From: Catajapyx aquilonaris
Taxonomy: Eukaryota
NCBI GenBank assembly: GCA_000934665.2
Contig: KZ538730.1
Span: 1-50,541 of the forward strand
Reading direction: 5' to 3'
Length of the DNA stretch: 50,541 nt
The first letter of the stretch is position 1, and each line of letters begins with the position of its first letter. The position numbers and the translations under genes are program-made. The notes under the pieces are model-generated. The model was given only the letters and a program-made list of their open reading frames with translations, was not told where the DNA came from and ran no database searches. Of the stretch, positions 48,601 through 50,541 are shown in pieces.

Positions 48601-50184
48601 TTCCAGGGTCAAGGAGTGGTAGCCGTCACTTCAGTGGTGGGATTGACCTCCGAGCGGCCATCAACGCAAAGCAGGACCGTATGAAGAGACGTGAATCTGT
48701 CATGTCCACTGCCGCCACCATGCGTGTCCTCAATGTCCTTCGGCACTGGGTGTCCAAGCACTCGCAGGATTTTGATTCTGACCAGAAGCTGAAGGGCTTG
48801 ACCATCGAGTTCCTGGAAGATATCCTCTGCAGTCCACAGCTCTTACCTGCAGAGCACAAGGCAGCCTCGCAGCTCCTCAGGCTCATCACAAAGGAGGAAC
48901 CGGCCAACACCAAGGTCGACCTTGAGGTTTTGCTCACACCGCCCAAGGTGAGCTGACCCACAATGATTGTGTCCAGGATGTGTCACAACACTATTGTTTG
49001 TCAACAGTCTGCAAGCAAGGACAACATCGACACACTATCGGCGTTGGAGATTGCTGAGCAGATGACCTACTTGGACCACCACATATTTGTGTCCATCAGG
49101 AGCGAGTAGGTGTCCCTAGGAGATTGTTGTGCACAATAATGCCACACTGTTTTTTCAGAGAGTTCCTGATGCAGGCATGGATGAAGCCGGACAAAACAAC
49201 TCGAGCCTCGCACATACTGTTGATGACTAAGCGGTTCAATGAGGTATTGTATTGTTTTGTGTTGTGTGTTGGAGTTCATTTGACAGTGTCCCTTGTAGGT
49301 GTCCCGATTGGTGGTGTCCGAAGTGGTGAGCAGGCCTCAGCTGGCCTCTCGCATCGCTGCCATCGAGAAGTGGGCTGCCGTGGCAGACATCTGCCGGTGC
49401 CTTCACAACTTCAACGGTGTTCTGCAGATCTGCGCTGCCTTCACCAACAGCGCTGTCTTTCGTCTCAAGAAAACCTGGGAGAAGGTGTCCAAAACGGTAC
49501 GACGTCCATACCTGTCTTGATCATGCCTTTTTGGTAACTCGTCGATTCCTCACAGACGAAGCAGACGATCGAGAAGCTCCAGACCATCGTGTCGTCCGAC
49601 GGCAGGTTCAGGAACCTCCGTGATGCTCTGCACCGATGCGATCCTCCTTGTATACCGTACCTGGGAATGTACCTCACGGACCTTTCCTTCATAGAGGAAG
49701 GTACCCCAAACTTCACGGACGATGGGCTACTCAACTTTTCCAAGATGCGGATGGTAAGCTCTTGATTGGATTAGAGTAGACCATTACACTGTATACTGTA
49801 TGCGACAATTTGAAATTGGCTGAAAATGAGGCTTTTTTTTGGATAATTCCAAATATAGTTATTTCTTCTACTGTTCTTCGCGAAGATATTGTCCCAGTCT
49901 TCGCGAAGCACAGTTTGAAAATCGCTGGTTTCATGTAACTTACAACCTATCACGTTCCTCAATAAAACGAAAATAGAACAAAGATTGGAAATCGTAGGAA
50001 ATATAGGTAGAAATCCCTCGTAGATATTGAAAAATCTTCCTCCTGATAGATCTTTGTCAATATCAAATATTGTCCCCCTCTCTGGATTGATCTCTCTGTT
50101 TTTTTCCATCTCCAGATCGCTCATGTGATCCGGGAAATCCGGCACTTTCAACAAACTCCTTACAAGATAGATGCCGCCTCCAAG
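4758..50184 (+). CDS. RasGRF: RasGRF (RASGRF1/RASGRF2-like Ras GEF), partial spliced CDS of 20 exons; start and stop codons outside window
   Basis: Joined exons give 1425 stop-free codons with hallmark RasGRF peptides in the vertebrate domain order: [39 protein letters not shown] motif [102 protein letters not shown]25 [23 protein letters not shown]. All introns GT-AG with matching phases. Confidence 0.97.
5569..5865 (-). mobile_element. Non-autonomous Helitron-type element, family H1 copy 1 (297 bp)
   Basis: Minus strand: A|TCTATATAAATAAAG..., (CTGT)n, 3' hairpin CCCGGGCAACGCCGGG, CTAG|T; homologous to 30189-30494 and 13034-13175. Confidence 0.85.
6056..6197. mobile_element. Palindromic MITE with TA TSD (Tc1/mariner-type), copy 1
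   Basis: TA|CTATCGGGTTCAAA...TAGAACCCGAAAG|TA; about 60-bp arms; second copy at 26447-26577. Confidence 0.8.
8238..8760 (+). repeat. AT-rich minisatellite, 25-bp unit ATGAAAATTCACAATAATTTTATAT
   Basis: Direct tandem copies, degenerating at the edges. Confidence 0.9.
9743..9890 (+). mobile_element. Possible terminal fragment of a CACTA/EnSpm-like (CCCAG-ended) element
   Basis: CCCAGGTAGCAC followed by repeated motifs like TCGGGCCGACG/TTGGGCCGATG; opposite terminus not found. Confidence 0.4.
11090..12125. repeat. Complex GAGTGAAA/TTTCACTC repeat block, possibly a CACTA-type non-autonomous element
   Basis: Three AACTCTCTAAAAATC-headed units, then many AATCGAGTAGGAGTCAAA and ACTCATTCTGAGTGAAA units; ends in GATTTTTTTAGA, inverted relative to the head. 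Confidence 0.7.
12617..12660 (+). repeat. (GA)n microsatellite; shorter GA tracts at about 6989-7012 and 10842-10870
   Basis: Direct observation. Confidence 0.95.
13034..13175 (+). mobile_element. Helitron family H1 copy 2, 3'-truncated, internal cassette inverted
   Basis: A|TCTATATAAATAAAGCCGTTTGTGAGTCTGTCTG start; homology stops at the end of the second internal inverted repeat. Confidence 0.8.
14464..14730. mobile_element. Highly degenerate TIR element (TTAA|CCC start, possibly piggyBac-like)
   Basis: CAATATTATTGTGCAAAC on the left vs GTTTGCAATAATATTG on the right; termini eroded. Confidence 0.3.
17864..18100. repeat. Interstitial TTAGG/CCTAA (arthropod telomere-type) repeat block
   Basis: (TCAGG)2(TTAGG)8 at 17909-17958, then A and interrupted (CCTAA)n tracts. 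Confidence 0.9.
18213..18319 (+). CDS. RasGRF: RasGRF exon B (PH1 C-terminal half): [35 protein letters not shown]
   Basis: ttttccacag|CAT...AG|gtgagt; 107 nt, phase 0/2. Confidence 0.95.
19320..19790 (+). repeat. Degenerate roughly 30-bp minisatellite (GCGCAATATTTTACGACATGAATTTTAAA)
   Basis: Recurring tandem motif. Confidence 0.85.
21994..22141 (+). CDS. RasGRF: RasGRF exon C (coiled coil): [49 protein letters not shown]
   Basis: gtttgcag|T...GAG|gtgagt; 148 nt, phase 2/0. Confidence 0.95.
22167..22320 (+). repeat. 31-bp tandem repeat AATACGCGCAGAACGGCTGCGTGGTAGGAGC; relatives at about 22735-22860, 24768-24830 and inverted at 26108-26240
   Basis: Direct tandem copies; 22170-22380 and 22735-22920 also share a downstream tail. 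Confidence 0.88.
22390..22588. mobile_element. Degenerate palindromic MITE with TA TSD (Tc1/mariner-type)
   Basis: TA|CAAGGTGTTCCAAA...TTTGGGAAACCATG|TA; inner arms ATAACTGATATTG/CAATATCAGTTAT and TTTTGTAGCTTGTT/AACAAGCTACAAAA. Confidence 0.7.
22599..22709. mobile_element. Short palindromic MITE-like hairpin (about 110 bp)
   Basis: TGGGTGGAATTTTCGTCCC...GGGACGAAAATTCCACCCA; inner CTAGTTACTGCTAACTTAGCA/TGCTAAGTTAGCGGTAACTAG. Confidence 0.7.
22935..23172 (+). mobile_element. Non-autonomous Helitron-type element, family H3
   Basis: A|TC start, internal TGAAATTTGGTACAC, imperfect 3' hairpin CCGTACGAAGAACGG, CTAG|T end; related inverted copy at about 33286-33442. Confidence 0.65.
23836..24729. 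mobile_element. 894-bp foldback element with TTAA-type TSD (Kolobok-like, non-autonomous)
   Basis: TTAT|GGGCACCGGA...TCCGGCGCCC|TTAA; about 400-bp reverse-complementary arms, which produce the mirror-image ORFs in the track; RR..YY termini with TTAA target fit Kolobok rather than piggyBac. Confidence 0.8.
26447..26577. mobile_element. Palindromic MITE with TA TSD, copy 2
   Basis: TA|CTATCGGGTTCAAATAC...GTATTTGAACCCTATAG|TA; short deletion in the left arm relative to copy 1. Confidence 0.8.
27365..27590 (+). repeat. Three roughly 80-bp degenerate tandem units (GAACAAACGACATGATATT...GTCCATA...GAATTATTT)
   Basis: Direct observation. Confidence 0.7.
28340..28597 (-). mobile_element. tRNA-derived SINE
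   Basis: Minus strand: A-box-like TGGTGTAGGGG (28575-28585), B-box GGTTCGAATCC (28531-28541), non-tRNA body, A-rich tail; a related 3' fragment lies at about 28900-28963. Confidence 0.75.
29407..29434. other. Assembly gap (N run)
   Basis: 28 N. Confidence 0.99.
29545..29665 (+). repeat. 27-bp AT-rich tandem repeat
   Basis: CTAATAAATAAAATATAAAAATAAATT, period 27. Confidence 0.85.
30173..30942. mobile_element. Foldback MITE with 7-bp flanking direct repeat CCCAGGT, interrupted by a Helitron
   Basis: CCCAGGT(30166-30172)|CAGGGAGCATA...TATGCTCCCAG|CCCAGGT(30943-30949); about 200-bp arms around a roughly 19-nt loop near 30701-30719. Confidence 0.75.
30189..30494 (+). mobile_element. Helitron family H1 copy 3 (306 bp), nested in the left arm of a foldback element
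   Basis: A|TCTATATAAATAAAG ... CCCTGGCAACACCGGG ... CTAG|T. Confidence 0.85.
32320..32435 (+). repeat. 30-bp tandem repeat AAATTAATTCCCAATGAATTACATTGAAGT
   Basis: Three to four near-identical copies. Confidence 0.88.
33286..33442 (-). mobile_element. Degenerate Helitron family H3 copy
   Basis: Reverse complement GAAAGTTTGTTTGTCCGGACTACCTAACACACTTTACGACTAATGAGAGTACTGAAACTTGGCACACTGATG aligns to 22950-23025; left boundary approximate. Confidence 0.55.
33467..34270 (+). repeat. AT-rich low-complexity/minisatellite tract; similar tract at about 16450-16930
   Basis: ATATTTAATTTTATTCAATTTA and TTATTTATTGTTAG units. Confidence 0.85.
34502..34704 (+). CDS. RasGRF: RasGRF exon D (IQ motif)
   Basis: cccctcag|ATG...AG|gttaga; 203 nt, phase 0/2; [39 protein letters not shown]. 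Confidence 0.95.
36754..36983 (+). CDS. RasGRF: RasGRF exon E (DH domain start)
   Basis: ccatccag|T...G|gtgagt; 230 nt, phase 2/1; [20 protein letters not shown]...SWPTLVL. Confidence 0.96.
37244..37437 (+). CDS. RasGRF: RasGRF exon F (DH domain)
   Basis: tttcccag|GA...CAG|gtacgt; 194 nt, phase 1/0; [25 protein letters not shown]...YPMHQ. Confidence 0.95.
37806..37931 (+). CDS. RasGRF: RasGRF exon G (DH domain end): [42 protein letters not shown]
   Basis: ctcctacag|ATT...GAG|gtggga; 126 nt, phase 0/0. Confidence 0.95.
38304..38717. mobile_element. 414-bp Kolobok/T2-type MITE with TTAA TSD
   Basis: TTAA|AGGGACACTC...GAGTGTCCCT|TTAA; about 115-bp TIRs plus inner hairpin GGGAACTGGAGGGCTGC/GCAGCCCTCCAGTTCCC. 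Confidence 0.85.
40092..40194 (+). CDS. RasGRF: RasGRF exon H (DH-PH2 linker): [34 protein letters not shown]
   Basis: ttttaaag|GTG...G|gtgagc; 103 nt, phase 0/1. Confidence 0.94.
41452..41584 (+). CDS. RasGRF: RasGRF exon I (PH2): [43 protein letters not shown]
   Basis: atttcccag|GG...AG|gtaagg; 133 nt, phase 1/2. Confidence 0.94.
42480..42852 (+). CDS. RasGRF: RasGRF exon J (PH2 with Gly/Ser/Ala-rich insert)
   Basis: tatttccag|G...CAA|gtatgt; 373 nt, phase 2/0; ends [18 protein letters not shown]. Confidence 0.92.
43028..43190. mobile_element. Tc1/mariner (pogo/Tigger-like) MITE with TA TSD, inserted in a minisatellite
   Basis: TA|CAGTATTCGTCATATATCGAGGCAAC...GTTGCCTCTATATATGACCAATACTG|TA; about 60-bp TIRs. 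Confidence 0.85.
43394..43446. other. Assembly gap (N run)
   Basis: 53 N. Confidence 0.99.
44470..44822 (+). CDS. RasGRF: RasGRF exon K (end of PH2, REM N-terminal part)
   Basis: tatctgcag|TGC...GT|gtacgt; 353 nt, phase 0/2; donor chosen by phase match to the next exon. Confidence 0.9.
44910..45420 (+). repeat. Degenerate higher-order tandem repeat built on CAAGTC(A/G)GTAC subunits
   Basis: AAGTCAGTACATCTGAACGATGTGCC repeated; fills most of the K-L intron. Confidence 0.85.
45479..45684 (+). CDS. RasGRF: RasGRF exon L (low-complexity insert with RRRS and RRIS motifs)
   Basis: ttgttgtag|G...T|gtatgt; 206 nt, phase 2/1; [10 protein letters not shown]...WRWSFRK. Confidence 0.8.
45738..46129 (+). 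CDS. RasGRF: RasGRF exon M (Ser/Pro/Thr-rich insert)
   Basis: cctttcag|TT...CAG|gtcaga; 392 nt, phase 1/0; GC-rich open frame. Confidence 0.82.
46232..47010 (+). repeat. 23-bp minisatellite TCGATACATTTTAGAACAAAAT(A/G)
   Basis: Period 23 in the core, with a higher-order pattern at about 46750-46930. Confidence 0.92.
47475..47983 (+). CDS. RasGRF: RasGRF exon N (insert ending in conserved GVVVTSSR)
   Basis: ttacaaacag|GTC...AG|gtcagt; 509 nt, phase 0/2. Confidence 0.87.
48060..48520 (+). repeat. Degenerate TTGACC-rich repeat with a roughly 120-bp duplicated unit
   Basis: TGCTA(C/T)AGCCAGATAGCCATAGTTG..ATCAACTCAACCTGG repeated. Confidence 0.75.
48527..48947 (+). CDS. RasGRF: RasGRF exon O (AAAFAIATA motif and REM C-terminal part)
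   Basis: cttttacag|A...AAG|gtgagc; 421 nt, phase 2/0; [21 protein letters not shown]. Confidence 0.95.
49008..49105 (+). CDS. RasGRF: RasGRF exon P (CDC25 start): [32 protein letters not shown]
   Basis: gtcaacag|TCT...GA|gtaggt; 98 nt, phase 0/2. Confidence 0.93.
49159..49243 (+). CDS. RasGRF: RasGRF exon Q (CDC25): [28 protein letters not shown]
   Basis: tttttcag|A...GAG|gtattg; 85 nt, phase 2/0. Confidence 0.94.
49299..49496 (+). CDS. RasGRF: RasGRF exon R (CDC25)
   Basis: ccttgtag|GTG...ACG|gtacga; 198 nt; [23 protein letters not shown]...[13 protein letters not shown]. Confidence 0.96.
49556..49753 (+). CDS. RasGRF: RasGRF exon S (CDC25)
   Basis: cctcacag|ACG...ATG|gtaagc; 198 nt; [54 protein letters not shown]. 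Confidence 0.96.
50116..50184 (+). CDS. RasGRF: RasGRF exon T (CDC25): [23 protein letters not shown]
   Basis: catctccag|ATC...AAG|gtgaat; 69 nt, phase 0/0; terminal exon not seen in the window. Confidence 0.94.
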
Positions 50185-50541
50185 GTGAATACGATTGGTT
50201 CTTTTTCTTCTTATTTACATATTCTCTTCATGCATGTCTTATTCTTATATCTGAAACCATTTCTGATGCTGTTGTCCTTCCTGAGACGTTGCCTCTTGGT
50301 TTCGGGGGTTTAGGGGTCACTCGAGAGCAGTTAGTCACGCTTTGGATGTTTGTGCGCAGCGAGTTGCTTATTATTGCAGTTGTAATTTAGGGGACCTAAG
50401 CAGGGCTTAATAGATCCTATGGGGAAAATAAGTTGGAAACTTCCAAAATGAAGCCATGCTGTAAGGTCAAAGGTCAAAGGTTCAAAGTATGACCTGGAGA
50501 ATCACTTTCTCTGTTGCATGCTTCCACGTTTCGTACACATG

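Noticed and set aside
44541..49743. Antisense and alternative-frame ORFs overlapping RasGRF exons
   Set aside because: Expected shadows of GC-rich coding exons; no independent gene structure.

Overview
Eukaryotic, AT-rich invertebrate genomic DNA. A (TTAGG)n tract hints at an arthropod, but this is inference. The window lies entirely inside one + strand multi-exon gene, a RasGRF (RASGRF1/2-like Ras guanine-nucleotide-releasing factor). I traced 20 coding exons from 4758 to 50184 with GT-AG introns and consistent phases (4275 nt, 1425 codons, no internal stop). They encode PH1(part)-coiled coil-IQ-DH-PH2-REM(split by a long Ser/Pro-rich insert)-CDC25; the first and last coding exons lie outside the window. 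5' introns are large (13.3, 3.7, 12.4 kb) and filled with non-autonomous elements: Helitron-type elements, TA- and TTAA-TSD foldback MITEs, a tRNA-derived SINE and nested insertions. 3' introns are either 53-60 nt or filled by intron-specific minisatellites. I found no evidence of a new protein-coding system. The most notable observations are an inverted (flip/flop) internal cassette among copies of one Helitron family, two nested insertions whose order can be read, a head-to-head TTAGG/CCTAA junction, and many long intronic hairpins.
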